Shown here: positions 23,531-34,000 of the stretch, piece by piece
Layout of the letters: every line of letters begins with the position of its first letter
How positions within the stretch are numbered: position 1 is the first letter of the stretch
Assembly: GCA_965206595.1 (NCBI GenBank)
Contig: OZ242214.1
Location: 192,001 to 256,000, forward strand
Source of the DNA: Candidatus Latescibacterota bacterium
Lineage (GTDB): Bacteria; Latescibacterota; UBA2968; UBA8231
Length of the DNA: 64,000 nucleotides
Direction: 5' to 3'
The notes under the pieces: model-generated
The model's input: the letters and a program-made list of their open reading frames with translations, nothing else
Database searches by the model: none
Told to the model about the DNA's origin: nothing
Position numbers and translations under genes: made by a program

Positions 23531-24616
23531 ATGGTGATTTCGAAGCAGAAACCGCAGCTTCCCAGCACCCTTGCTGGAATGGCTTTGCTGATTGCCATGG
23601 GCACAGGTTGCTCTCAGCTCGCATCGATTTGGGGAACGAGTTCTGAAGACGTGGCGGCTGTCCAACCAGCGACCCTCGAACCAGGGACCCCCGCCCAGCC
23701 GCCAATAGCCGTGGAGACGGTGGAACTCTCCGACGCTGAGATAGACAGCATAGATGCGCTCATGAAGGTCATCCTGATTCTGCCGTTCCGCGACGTGTCC
23801 AAATACAAGGGCCCTTGGGACATATACGGCCAACTCGCCCGTGGATTGGCCGACACCCTCGGGCGCTACAAGGCCTATCGCATAATTCCGCCGGACTCCG
23901 GGTTCGTCCGCCTCGGAAAAAAAGAGCGCCTCGGCAAGATCGAGTCGGGCAGGGCCGTACATCTGGGACGACAGCTGGAGGCCGATGTCGTAGTCCTCGG
24001 TGAAATCGAAGACATCAGCATGAAGCGGTTTCGCGCTACGGTCCCCTTGGGTGGATACCGGAGCTACCAGGGAGTTTCGGCGATACAGATCTTTTTCTAC
24101 AATGTCATCGACGGTCAACCCGCGGGTGAGTATCGGTGTGAAGGGCAGATCGACAGCAAGCGCACCGGCGTCGTCAACCCTGCTGCACATGTTCCCCTAG
24201 ACAAGGAATATTTTTTTCTGGGGGAAGCGGAATGGGGTTCCGCGGAGTTTCACAAGACCCTCGTAGGGCAGTCCGTCGACGAGTGCCTGCACCAACTGGG
24301 TGTGGGAGTCGAAGCCACGGTTAGGCCTGCTCCCGAGCTGAGCGTATCAGAGCCGAAAATCATAGATATCGATGCCGGCCGCGCGTATATTAATGTCGGA
24401 TCTGCGGACGGGGTCAGGAATGGGGACAAGTTTGGGGTCTGGGATCTTGGGCGTGAGCTTCGCGATCCGGAGACTGACACCGTTCTCGGCTACGCCGTAT
24501 CCAGACGAGTGGGGGTGATCCAGGTCGAACAGGTTCTCAACGAACACTTGTCACAGGTCAACATCCTCGATGGCCAGGAAGAGATCGAGTCGGCGTTTAC
24601 GATTCGGGCCGAATGA
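23531..24616 (+). CDS. Lipoprotein with CsgG/HfaB-like and FlgT C-terminal-like domains
   Basis: Lipobox MGTGC; ILILPFRD...LGRQLEADVVVLGEIED; AYINVGSADGVRNGDKFGVW...LRDPETDTVLG. Confidence 0.6.
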   Translation: MVISKQKPQLPSTLAGMALLIAMGTGCSQLASIWGTSSEDVAAVQPATLEPGTPAQPPIAVETVELSDAEIDSIDALMKVILILPFRDVSKYKGPWDIYGQLARGLADTLGRYKAYRIIPPDSGFVRLGKKERLGKIESGRAVHLGRQLEADVVVLGEIEDISMKRFRATVPLGGYRSYQGVSAIQIFFYNVIDGQPAGEYRCEGQIDSKRTGVVNPAAHVPLDKEYFFLGEAEWGSAEFHKTLVGQSVDECLHQLGVGVEATVRPAPELSVSEPKIIDIDAGRAYINVGSADGVRNGDKFGVWDLGRELRDPETDTVLGYAVSRRVGVIQVEQVLNEHLSQVNILDGQEEIESAFTIRAE

Positions 24617-25104
24617 GACGCATCTTTTTCCACAAGGCTGCAACGATTGCCTTCGCCTTGGGACTGGCCGCCCCGGTGGCTGGAGCCGGAAGTGGGGAGT
24701 TTCCCGTCTATCAGTTGTTCTACTTGTTTGATCCCGACGCAAAGGAACAGTTACGGAGGGCGCTGGTGCTGGAACGGGCGACCGCGCAGATCGAAGGGAT
24801 CGAGCTTCTGGGAATTGTGAATTCGAGTGATATGGGCTCTCCGGAACTGAACCGGCTCGACTTCCAAATATTGTCGGTCGGTTATTTTCTGCAGCAAGAA
24901 CAGTTAGCCGCAGGGGCCGAGGAAGACTGGTTCCGGTCGGGGGAGCTTGGCGGCCTCCTGCTGGTGAAGCAGACCGGCGCCGAAACCACAACTGTCGCCG
25001 GCGACGATTTTGAGGCGACGATTCACCGACTCTCCGCAACTCTACCGATCAGAACAGAGGTAGACGTCACCACTTGGGGGAAGGTCAAGGACCTATTCAA
25101 TTAA
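24613..25104 (+). CDS. Exported hypothetical protein with C-terminal TTWGKVK motif
   Basis: Signal peptide; overlaps the upstream stop (ATGA); ends TEVDVTTWGKVKDLFN. Confidence 0.7.
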   Translation: MRRIFFHKAATIAFALGLAAPVAGAGSGEFPVYQLFYLFDPDAKEQLRRALVLERATAQIEGIELLGIVNSSDMGSPELNRLDFQILSVGYFLQQEQLAAGAEEDWFRSGELGGLLLVKQTGAETTTVAGDDFEATIHRLSATLPIRTEVDVTTWGKVKDLFN

Positions 25105-25241
25105 AGTAGGTGCTCCAGGGGTTCAGGCAGCACGAAAAAGAGCTTTCCCAGACAAAACCCTCTTTCCGTATCTGGAGACAATTGGGTTGGAGGGGAGGTG
25201 TCTCGCATCGGCGTAACGGAAAATCAGAACAGGGATTTCGT

Positions 25242-26462
25242 ATGGGACCCGGAAGAGAGGGCGCATTTTTGCATCAATGCTACAGCCGCGGGTGCCGCCA
25301 CCGAAACGTGACCGCGGCAGCGGCGTTGCTCTGCCAGTTGACCCTGTTCTCGTTTGGGTGCGGGACGAACGAGGTTACCGTCGAAATCCGCGGTGGCGAA
25401 GGGGTTCAGATTCGCCTCGACGCAAACAGCCTTGAGCACGGGCGCAACCAGCTGGTCGACGCCGGCTCCTTTTCCTTCAACGATGTAAAGGGAGGCAGCT
25501 ACGAGGTGAACGTCGTTGCCGGATCCTATCTCGGCACACACACCCTTGAGATCGACTCGTCACCCATCGTCGGCAGCAACTCTCTAGGCCAAACATTTGA
25601 CATCCCGGGGGGCAGCAACGGGTCCTTCGCTCGCGAGGGCACGATATTGTTTTCATCCACAAGGACGACGTCGAGAAACTGGGACCTGTTCACAATAAAT
25701 GCGGACGGGAGCGAACTCACCCAACTCACCTCCTCCTCGGAGCCGGAACAGAGCGGAACTTGGTCTCCCGACGGTAATCGGATCGCCTTTACCCAGGGCG
25801 ACGTCCTTTCGAACATCGATGTCTACGTCATGTCTGCCGATGGGTCGCAACATCGGCGCCTGACGGAACACCCCGAACGGGATCAGCGGCCTGCTTGGTC
25901 TCCGGACGGATTGCAGATCGTTTTTGTCAGCCAAAGAGAGGGAGATGTCGAACTCTGGCTGATGGATGCGGATGATGGCGGCGACAAGCGCGAACTCACA
26001 AAGGGCAGAGATCCTTCCTGGGCCCCGAATGGAGACCTAATCGCTTTCGTCGGCCAGATGGATGGGAACGACGAGATCTACACCATCAGGCCGGATGGGT
26101 CCGACCTCCGCCGCCTTACCGATCAAAGGAAATTCGATTGGTTTCCCGCTTGGTCCCCATCTGGAGACCGAATCGCTTTCTGTTCGGAGCGCTTCGGTGG
26201 ACAGGAGTTGATGCTTGCCCGGACCGATGGCAGCGGACAGGCTCGCATCACTGTGGCTGAGGAGACGTACGAGCAGGAGCCGGCGTGGTCTCCAGATGGA
26301 AAGGGTCTGGCTTATTCAGGGAAAATGAAGGGCGATTACGAAATCTACCTCGTCAATACCCATGGCTTTGACTTCGATGATGTTGAAAACCCGGTAATGC
26401 CGTTCAACCTCACCGACAGCCCCGACCGCGACGACAAATCGCCGTCCTGGAGACCCTTCTGA
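25242..26462 (+). CDS. TolB-like beta-propeller (PD40 repeat) lipoprotein
   Basis: Lipobox FSFGC; repeats WSPDGNRIAF, PAWSPDGLQIVF, PSWAPNGDLIAF, PAWSPSGDRIAF, PAWSPDGKGLAY. Start uncertain (25110, 25242 or 25308). Confidence 0.85.
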   Translation: MGPGREGAFLHQCYSRGCRHRNVTAAAALLCQLTLFSFGCGTNEVTVEIRGGEGVQIRLDANSLEHGRNQLVDAGSFSFNDVKGGSYEVNVVAGSYLGTHTLEIDSSPIVGSNSLGQTFDIPGGSNGSFAREGTILFSSTRTTSRNWDLFTINADGSELTQLTSSSEPEQSGTWSPDGNRIAFTQGDVLSNIDVYVMSADGSQHRRLTEHPERDQRPAWSPDGLQIVFVSQREGDVELWLMDADDGGDKRELTKGRDPSWAPNGDLIAFVGQMDGNDEIYTIRPDGSDLRRLTDQRKFDWFPAWSPSGDRIAFCSERFGGQELMLARTDGSGQARITVAEETYEQEPAWSPDGKGLAYSGKMKGDYEIYLVNTHGFDFDDVENPVMPFNLTDSPDRDDKSPSWRPF

Positions 26463-26544
26463 AGCGCTCGGACCAGACAACCGCGTTGACAGTGCTACAT
26501 CGTCTCGTCAAGTTCCATATCGGTCCACTATATTCCATGCCAAA

Positions 26545-27237
26545 ATGAAGGAGCAAGGTCCCGTGGCCACACCAAGACTGCTGTATTCGACAGCTTCACA
26601 GCTGCTGGTTTGTTGCCTACTCGCATCCGGGTGCGCGACTACTTCGGGAGGGGGCGGTGGTCCCGCACCGATTCCGGAGGGGATGGGCAGGCTCATCCTG
26701 AATGCCGGCGGCATCAATGAGTTGAATTTCTACGTCATCGATCAGGATACCGATGCAGAGGTGTATTCCGATACTCCCCGCCTTTCGGCGAGTTCTCCGG
26801 CCTATTACGAAACGGGCGTTCAGGAATTCCGGTTGACGTGCGATATTCCGCCGGGACTCTACACCGTCGTCGTCAATACCGACATCGACGACAATGTGGA
26901 GATTAGGGACGTCGAAGTCGGATTGGGCGAGGAGAAGTACGTCCCCGTTCATGTCGGGCGATTCTCGGTCAGGTTCACAGGGGGCGAGGAGTTGGGGCGG
27001 CAGATACCCTTCCTCATCATGGACTACAACATGCGCACCGTTCTGGGCAAGGGGATGACCTCTTCGGAGATTCGTTATTTCATTGTCCCGGCCGGCAGGT
27101 CGTACAAGGTGCGCATCGAAAATTCACCGAGCGGCCTCGATGAGTTCCGGCCCGTAGAGGTCACCTACGGCGGAATCACTCACATAACGATCGAATCCGA
27201 GTCGCAGCAGCTCGAAGAGGAGGGCGGAATCGAGTAG
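26545..27237 (+). CDS. Hypothetical lipoprotein, beta-rich
   Basis: Lipobox LASGC; co-oriented within the cluster. Confidence 0.7.
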   Translation: MKEQGPVATPRLLYSTASQLLVCCLLASGCATTSGGGGGPAPIPEGMGRLILNAGGINELNFYVIDQDTDAEVYSDTPRLSASSPAYYETGVQEFRLTCDIPPGLYTVVVNTDIDDNVEIRDVEVGLGEEKYVPVHVGRFSVRFTGGEELGRQIPFLIMDYNMRTVLGKGMTSSEIRYFIVPAGRSYKVRIENSPSGLDEFRPVEVTYGGITHITIESESQQLEEEGGIE

Positions 27238-27315
27238 CGTGCACTTGGTGTAGTAACGATACTACATAACGATACAGCAGGAGAATCAGCGACCCCCCTT
27301 GCGAGAGAAAAAACC

Positions 27316-28173
27316 ATGAAGGCTCTTCCCGCACTGATCGCCACGGGTGTAGCTGTATGTTCAGTCGCAGCGCAACAATCCAACATCGTCGCAACTGTGG
27401 TGGACCGAGCCGGGAACCGCCACGAAGTGTCGAAGCTTACCTACCAGGGGGGCGATAACATAGAGATCTACGTTGGCAACCAGCGCCGTATCCTCAAAAT
27501 GCAGGATGTCGATCGGCTGAAAATGCAAGGCGACAAGAACGACGAAGAGCAGCAGGTTGCCATTTTCCTGCGAACCGGTGAGGTTCTCAACGCAACCATC
27601 TTTTCCGGCGGCAGCGGTAGTTCTCCCCACCAGGACAGCTTCGGTGGGGGTTCCGTGATGCAACGTTTTGGAGGGGTCACCGAACTCGGACCCTTTCTGA
27701 TCCTGATGTCGGAGGTCAGCGGCGTGCTGTTCCTTCATCCCTCAGCCGCGGAGCCCGATGTCAAACTCAAAGCCACAGTCATCAACGAGGCGGGGGAGCG
27801 CTTCGAGGTCACCAACATCCGTTTTCGCGGAAAGCGCCGATTCGGGTATTTCCAAGGGTTGAAATTGCGCTCCAAGGAGATGGCAAGGATCAGCCGGCTG
27901 GATTTCTCGAAGGCAGCTGCGGGCACCGAATCCCGCACTGTGACGATCACTTTTCGCTCGGGACGCACTACCCAGGGAACGGTCGACGCCAGCACCGTGC
28001 GACTGGCTGGGGAAACCAACCGCATTTACGAGGAGCGAGTGGGTTCGGCTTTTACGGGCAGTTCTGGAACTGGAGGTTTCGGAATAGGGTTACACGACGT
28101 CAAGCTGATTCGCTTTCACGAGGAGGGCGACGAGACTCAGAGCGAGGATGTTTCCGAGACGGAGGAGAAATAA
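27316..28173 (+). CDS. Exported hypothetical protein with internal duplication
   Basis: Signal peptide; ATVVDRAGNRHEVSKLTYQG versus ATVINEAGERFEVTNIRFRG. Confidence 0.7.
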   Translation: MKALPALIATGVAVCSVAAQQSNIVATVVDRAGNRHEVSKLTYQGGDNIEIYVGNQRRILKMQDVDRLKMQGDKNDEEQQVAIFLRTGEVLNATIFSGGSGSSPHQDSFGGGSVMQRFGGVTELGPFLILMSEVSGVLFLHPSAAEPDVKLKATVINEAGERFEVTNIRFRGKRRFGYFQGLKLRSKEMARISRLDFSKAAAGTESRTVTITFRSGRTTQGTVDASTVRLAGETNRIYEERVGSAFTGSSGTGGFGIGLHDVKLIRFHEEGDETQSEDVSETEEK

Positions 28174-28226
28174 TAGCCTCCAAAATTGTTGGGGGAGTCG
28201 GCAGGCAGACGACGGGGTTTTGCGCC

Positions 28227-29102
28227 TTGATTAAGGTCGGGATCTTCGCAGTCGCAATCGTTCCGGCATTCGCTCACCAACCCCCCGGAGTCAGTATTCG
28301 GGCGTTCCAATTTTCCGACAATCACAAACCTGTGATAGATGGCGACTTGGCGGACTGGGAAATCGTCGATTCCGAATTCTGTGTGTCAACACTTCAGCTT
28401 ACAGACCTTGTCAACGGGGCTTTGGCGGATCTCTCCGATTTCCGTACCACACTCTGCGTAGGCTGGAACGATGCGTCAAACCAATTGTATGTAAGTGCGG
28501 TAGTTGTCGATGACGTCCATCAAATTGATCGTCCCGAGGGAACTCCTCCCGCTTTAATATTTCAGGACGACGATCTGGAGATATTTGTGGACGCCGATCA
28601 TTCGGGCGGTCAGTTCGCCGATTTTTCGGACCTGAGTGAGGAAGATCAATTGCGCCTGAACGGCATTGAGGCCAACCACTTCATCCTGTCTGGTCCACCA
28701 CCTCCAAACGAAGATTTCTTCGTCAATTTTTCTGCTGCTGGGTGGTATTCGGAGCCGGATGGGGAGTTCACCAAGGCTGCAGTAGTGGTGGCAATGCCTG
28801 GTGTCGTGGCCTATGAACTGGCGCTGACCCCTTTTGACAGAATCGACGTGGGAGCTTCTTTCCTCAGTGTGGCACATGACTTACGCGAAGGGGAAGTGCT
28901 CGGATTCAACGCGGAGTTCAACGATTTCGATACCCACTCGGAACTTTACGAAGCCAAGTGGTCTCTGAGCGGGGGGCACAATGCTTTCCGGTTGTCCGAG
29001 AGGTTCAGCGATCTCGAGCTGGCAGGCATTTCCAAGCCGGTCGCAGGCACCGCAATTCTGGAAAAGTCTTGGGGTCAAATAAAAACTTCCATCCGACCGT
29101 GA
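28227..29102 (+). CDS. Exported CBM9/DOMON-like protein with C-terminal KSWGQIK motif
   Basis: PVIDGDLADW, VGWNDASNQLYVSAVVVDD, DDLEIFVDADHSGG; ends TAILEKSWGQIKTSIRP; TTG start. Confidence 0.65.
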   Translation: MIKVGIFAVAIVPAFAHQPPGVSIRAFQFSDNHKPVIDGDLADWEIVDSEFCVSTLQLTDLVNGALADLSDFRTTLCVGWNDASNQLYVSAVVVDDVHQIDRPEGTPPALIFQDDDLEIFVDADHSGGQFADFSDLSEEDQLRLNGIEANHFILSGPPPPNEDFFVNFSAAGWYSEPDGEFTKAAVVVAMPGVVAYELALTPFDRIDVGASFLSVAHDLREGEVLGFNAEFNDFDTHSELYEAKWSLSGGHNAFRLSERFSDLELAGISKPVAGTAILEKSWGQIKTSIRP

Positions 29103-29170
29103 AATGAACTATCTTACGGCGGACTTATGGCGGAGTTGCATCGGCTGACCGTTTGTACGAATTTACCGTC

Positions 29171-29270
29171 CCGAAAGAGCCGAAAGAGCCGAAAGAGCCG
29201 AGTGCGCCTTGGATCATTGGGGCGAGGCAAATAACAGGATCTAAGGGGCGAGGCAAATAACAGGATCTAA
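29171..29270. repeat. Intergenic tandem repeats: (CCGAAAGAG)x3 and a 26-bp unit x2
   Basis: 29171-29197 CCGAAAGAG three times; 29219-29270 GGGGCGAGGCAAATAACAGGATCTAA twice, exact. Confidence 0.95.
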
Positions 29271-29290
29271 ACACAGGAGCCCGTGCGATT

Positions 29291-30070
29291 ATGTTCGCGA
29301 AACCGGATTTGGGACCGGCTACACCGCGCATAACACCTTTTCATCTCTTCGCAAAGATTGCCCTCGTCTCGATGATTTTGGCGAGTTGCGGATACTACCA
29401 CTATGCCACACCCTTGCGGCCCGCCGAGGGTCAGCAGAGTGCGATGAGTGTCGCTGACGACGGCAGCATTACCTTCACGCAGGATCGCCTTGAGGTCAGG
29501 CTTCGTCCTATGACGGACGAGGAGCTCAATCGGCAGTTTGCATCCCATTCTAATTCGGGACCGAAATCTACGAATCCCTATACCTACGGAAACACAAAGT
29601 TCTGGGAGGGCGAGCAGGAACGCACCCGATTTACGGTGTTTCGTCTCAGTGTCAAGAATTACGCCTATCCGAAGGTGAAGATTGATCCCGCCCGGATTCA
29701 GCTCGTCGCATCGAATAACCGCGAGTACTGGAGCCTAGGGAAACAGCAGATGGACACATACTACCGCGCCTATGCAATCGGGTATCGAGGCAACGAGTAC
29801 AACCGCTACCAAGAGCGGATGGATCTGCTGAATCGTACCATGTTCAAAAACGAAGAGATCTTCAGCGGACAGGAGAAGGAGGGGTTCGTAATTTTTCCTG
29901 CACTTCACCCCGATGTCCGCGAGGTAAACGTCATCGTTCACGATTGCGTACTGAGGTTCGACTACCGAAATGAACCGGTTGAAGCGGTCGATATTACCTA
30001 CGGTTTCGAACGAGACATCGGTCGCAGGTATGGCGATGCCGAACCAGAAATCGAGACTGCGAGCAAGTAG
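29291..30070 (+). CDS. Hypothetical lipoprotein
   Basis: Lipobox ILASC; AGGAG upstream. Confidence 0.72.
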   Translation: MFAKPDLGPATPRITPFHLFAKIALVSMILASCGYYHYATPLRPAEGQQSAMSVADDGSITFTQDRLEVRLRPMTDEELNRQFASHSNSGPKSTNPYTYGNTKFWEGEQERTRFTVFRLSVKNYAYPKVKIDPARIQLVASNNREYWSLGKQQMDTYYRAYAIGYRGNEYNRYQERMDLLNRTMFKNEEIFSGQEKEGFVIFPALHPDVREVNVIVHDCVLRFDYRNEPVEAVDITYGFERDIGRRYGDAEPEIETASK

Positions 30071-30099
30071 CGAGAAATACCACAAGGAGGATTGAGCTC

Positions 30100-31035
30100 A
30101 TGAATCCAGGGCGTCTATTCGCAACCGCCAGCGCCATAACGGTTCTGGCGACCACAGCGCATGCAGTAGTGAACATTCAGAACATCGGCGCGGGGGCACG
30201 CTCGGCATCGCTTGGCAACGCTTTTGTGGCCGTGGCGGATAATGGCGATGCGGTGTTCGCCAATCCGGCGGGGCTGAGCCAAGTCGAGGGCCGCCAGTTA
30301 GCCTACACCAACGTTTCTCTGCTATTCTCTGGGATCGATGGTGACAATCTGGGTCAGCACCTTTCCAGCTTTGTGCAGCCGATGGGAGAAAAGTTGGCCT
30401 TAGGCCTAGGCTACGAACGAATTGGCTCCGATCTGATGAGTGAAAACGGGGCGTTCTTCGGCCTGTCTTACCAGCTGAACCGAACCCTGTCCTTGGGATT
30501 AACGGCGAAATACCTGTTCTGGAGCGTGGGTGATATTCCAGACGATCCGGTAATGGGAGCTGATCCCCTGTCGAATACCAGCAACGGAGCCCCCGGCGTT
30601 GATGTCGGACTGCTGTGGAAGTCGCCGTTGGGCGGGGCGCATCTAGGGGTGCTGTTGAAGAACTTGAACCAACCGAACGTTGCAAAAACGTCGGTCCCGG
30701 GCGATCCTGATGCCGGCAAATTGCCAATGGATGTGCATATCGGTATAGCAGCCCCTGTGGCGGAGACCTCAATGGTGTCAGTTCAGTGGGTGATGCGCGA
30801 TCTCGGGGGCGAAACTGAGAAGAGTCTGGTAGTCGGTGGCGAGACCGTTCTGGTCGAAGGGCTGATGCTGCGTGCCGGAGGAAGTCGGGTTCTCGAAGAC
30901 GATGTCAGCGGCGATCTCAATGCCGGTCTGGGGTACCGGTGGAACAAAATGCTTTTTGACTACGGCTACCAAATCCCACTTGATCTGACCGGAACCAACG
31001 GATCACATCGTTTCTCTCTGAATTACATGTTGTAA
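30100..31035 (+). CDS. PorV/PorQ (UPF0164, FadL-like) outer-membrane beta-barrel
   Basis: GAGARSASLGNAFVAVADNGDAVFANPAGL N-terminal signature; FDYGY...HRFSLNY C-terminal strands; AAGGAGG RBS. Confidence 0.8.
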   Translation: MNPGRLFATASAITVLATTAHAVVNIQNIGAGARSASLGNAFVAVADNGDAVFANPAGLSQVEGRQLAYTNVSLLFSGIDGDNLGQHLSSFVQPMGEKLALGLGYERIGSDLMSENGAFFGLSYQLNRTLSLGLTAKYLFWSVGDIPDDPVMGADPLSNTSNGAPGVDVGLLWKSPLGGAHLGVLLKNLNQPNVAKTSVPGDPDAGKLPMDVHIGIAAPVAETSMVSVQWVMRDLGGETEKSLVVGGETVLVEGLMLRAGGSRVLEDDVSGDLNAGLGYRWNKMLFDYGYQIPLDLTGTNGSHRFSLNYML

Positions 31036-31078
31036 CAAATCCTTCTGTTAATAGAATAACTGGCAAGGAGTTCTGGTC

Positions 31079-34000
31079 ATGACGGTCTGGTTGGGACTAA
31101 TAGTCCTGGGCCTTGGAGTGGGGACTAGCCTCTTCCTCCCCGTTCCGCAGAGCCTGAAGACCAAATTCGACGCGGGTCAATCACTTTATGCCCTCGGCGA
31201 GTACGAAGGCGCCATCATCGAGTACAGCAAAGTTGTCAAGTTCAACAGTCGGGCAGTTAGAACCGACAGTGTTCTTGTCAATTTCGGCGATGAGTTGGAG
31301 TTGCCGATCATGGCCGCGGCTTGGTATCAGCTTGGCAACGCCCACATGCGTAGCGGGGCCCACGAAAAGGCAGTCGATGCCTTTCGTCAGGTGACGGAAC
31401 AGACCGGCGTTCCTGAAGACTTCAGTCAACTCGTCCAATTTCGGGTGGCCGAGACCCGCTTCATGCAAAAGGAGTTTGGCAAGGCTGCAGACGAGTACAA
31501 GCGGTATGTCGAAATGTTCCCGGATTCGAGACTAGCCGGAGAGTCGCTGTTCTACGCCGGTTGGAGCGAGTTCAGTCTCGAGTCCTATGCTCAGGCCATC
31601 AACACCCTCTCAAGCATGCTTGAGAGGTATCCCGATGATCGCTACGCCCCGGACTCCCAATTCCGTATCGCATCGTCTTACTACGAGAAAGCCGAATACC
31701 AGCGAGCCGTGGACGAGGCTCAGGCTGTGCTTGATGGCTACCCGCAAAGTCCCGTCATCGCCTCAGCGACCTATTTGAAAGCTCAGGCCTTCGATGAGAT
31801 GGATCGGCCGGAGGAAGCAATCCAGGCCTATCGGGAGGTGCGGGATCTTTATGACCGTATGTACGAATTGCTTCGAGGGTCTTTCCGGGAAGGCAAGAAT
31901 GTTGATTTTGAGAATTATCGGCAGTTGTTCGAAACGTCATCGTTGCGCGTCGCTGAAATTTACCGCAAACAAGGCAGATTCGAAGAGGCCTACCAGGAAT
32001 TGATATCCGCTCAGGAAACGGCCGAGGAGCGCTTCTACAAGGCCAAAGTCCAGATGCGCCTTGGTGATAATTATATGGAATGGGAGCGCTTCGAGGATGC
32101 CTGGAACACTTATAATCAGGTGATCACCCTATATGGGGATACCCCGTATCCACCAAATGCCCAGTATCAGAAGGGAGAAGCGCGTTACTTCGCTAACCGA
32201 TACGACGAAGCCCGGAGCGATTACCGGCTCGTAACCCAAAACTATCCAGACAGCGAAACTTCGTTACGAGCCCAGGCTCTCTACAGTGCAGGTTGGTCGT
32301 CCGAAAAGTTGGGGGATTTCGAAGAGGCTCAGAGCCTTTACAATGAGGTCGTCGAGAGTTTTTCGAGGTCTGATCAAGCGCCGTTATGTCTTTTGCGAAT
32401 CGGCCGGGTCAATACCGAGCAACAACGCTTTGATGAGGCAATCGAAGCCTACAAGATGATCGCCGAAAACTATGGAGAGACAAAACACGCAGCTGACGGC
32501 AACTACGGTCTGGGAATTCTCTACAAGCAAACAGGAAGACTTGGGGAAGCTATCGTGGCTTTTTCGCGCGTGGGACGCAAAGCGCGTGAGGTGTATGTTG
32601 CATCCTTGATTGAGGCGGCAAACATACACATCGGAGAAGGCCGACCAGAGCAGGGGAAGGAGCTCCTCAGCGAGTTATTGGAAGGAGTAAGCGGAGACCG
32701 CGACCTCGAGGCTACGGCACATTACCAGATCGCACAATTGGATCTGAATAATAAAAACTATTTTGACGCTATCACACGCTACACAAAAGTAATCGAGGAA
32801 TACCCCGAGGCAGGGGCGGTTCGGGATGCACACTATGGCCGTGGTCTTGCCTACCATTACGCCAATCGATACAGCAGGGCAGTCGCTGATTATAAGTGGC
32901 TCCTTGATTCCGACTTACCGGAAACCATGGTTTTGAAGGTCGAATTCTCGATGGCCCTGTCGTTGTCCGCTCTAGGGAAGGACGAGGAGGCGACTGAGTT
33001 ATTAACCAAGGTCATCGATTCAGGAGACGAGACCCTCGCGCGCAATGCCCAACTACAGCTAATCTCGATGGCTGAGAAGCAGGATCCTCAAGACGCGATA
33101 CGCACCTACGAAAGTATGCTCGCCAAGCTCGAATCCGAGGAAGACAAAGTGCGAGTGCTGATCCGCTTGGCAAGCGCCTATTTCAGACTTGAGCAGTACG
33201 ATCGAAGCATCCAGGCATCGCAGCAACTCATTGACCTTGCCGTGGACGTCGAAAGCATCTCCAATGCGTTGTTTGTGCAGGCAAATAGCTATTTCCGCTC
33301 AGGAAATCTGGAAAAGGCGATCGCGACTTATCAGACTATCATCGATAACTATCCTCAAATTGGCTGGGCGAAAAATGCTCAATTCCAGATCGGGGTTGCC
33401 TACAATGCCCTGTCCGGAGGCGGCAATGTGCAATACCTACCGTTGATGGTGGAAGCTTTCAGAAAATATCACCAGACCTACCCGGATGACGAAAGGGCCG
33501 TTTACGCTCATTACTATGATGCGTGGGCGAGTTACCGCATGGGCAAGTGGCGTGAAGCAAGTACCGCATTCGATCAGTTGGAAAAGACCTATCCCTCGTC
33601 CCGTTTCGCTCCTGAAGCGCTGTTCCGATCGGGAGAAGCGATCTTTAACCAAGCTCAGGGCTTACTTCGGGGAGAAAAGAATCAGATTTTTATCGAAGCA
33701 ATGGGAAAATACGATCGCATTTTGAGTCGGTATTCGAAGTCCGAATACGTGGATGATTCCTTGTATAACAAAGCATGGGCACTGATTCATCTTGGACGGA
33801 AGGAAGAGGCCCTGCCAATATTTGAACGGATTGTAGACAATCATCCGGACGGCTATTACGGTCCAAAAAGCCAGTTCACCCTCGGGGATTTCTATTACAG
33901 CGAGAAGGTCTACGATAAAGCGACGGAGAATTACAAAAAATTCCTTGAGATATATCCCGATGACCGTCTGAAAAAAGCCGAAGACAAGAAACTACGTCGA

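Noticed and set aside
29171-29270. Possible CRISPR array
   Set aside because: The repeats are directly adjacent with no spacers, and there are no cas genes in the window.
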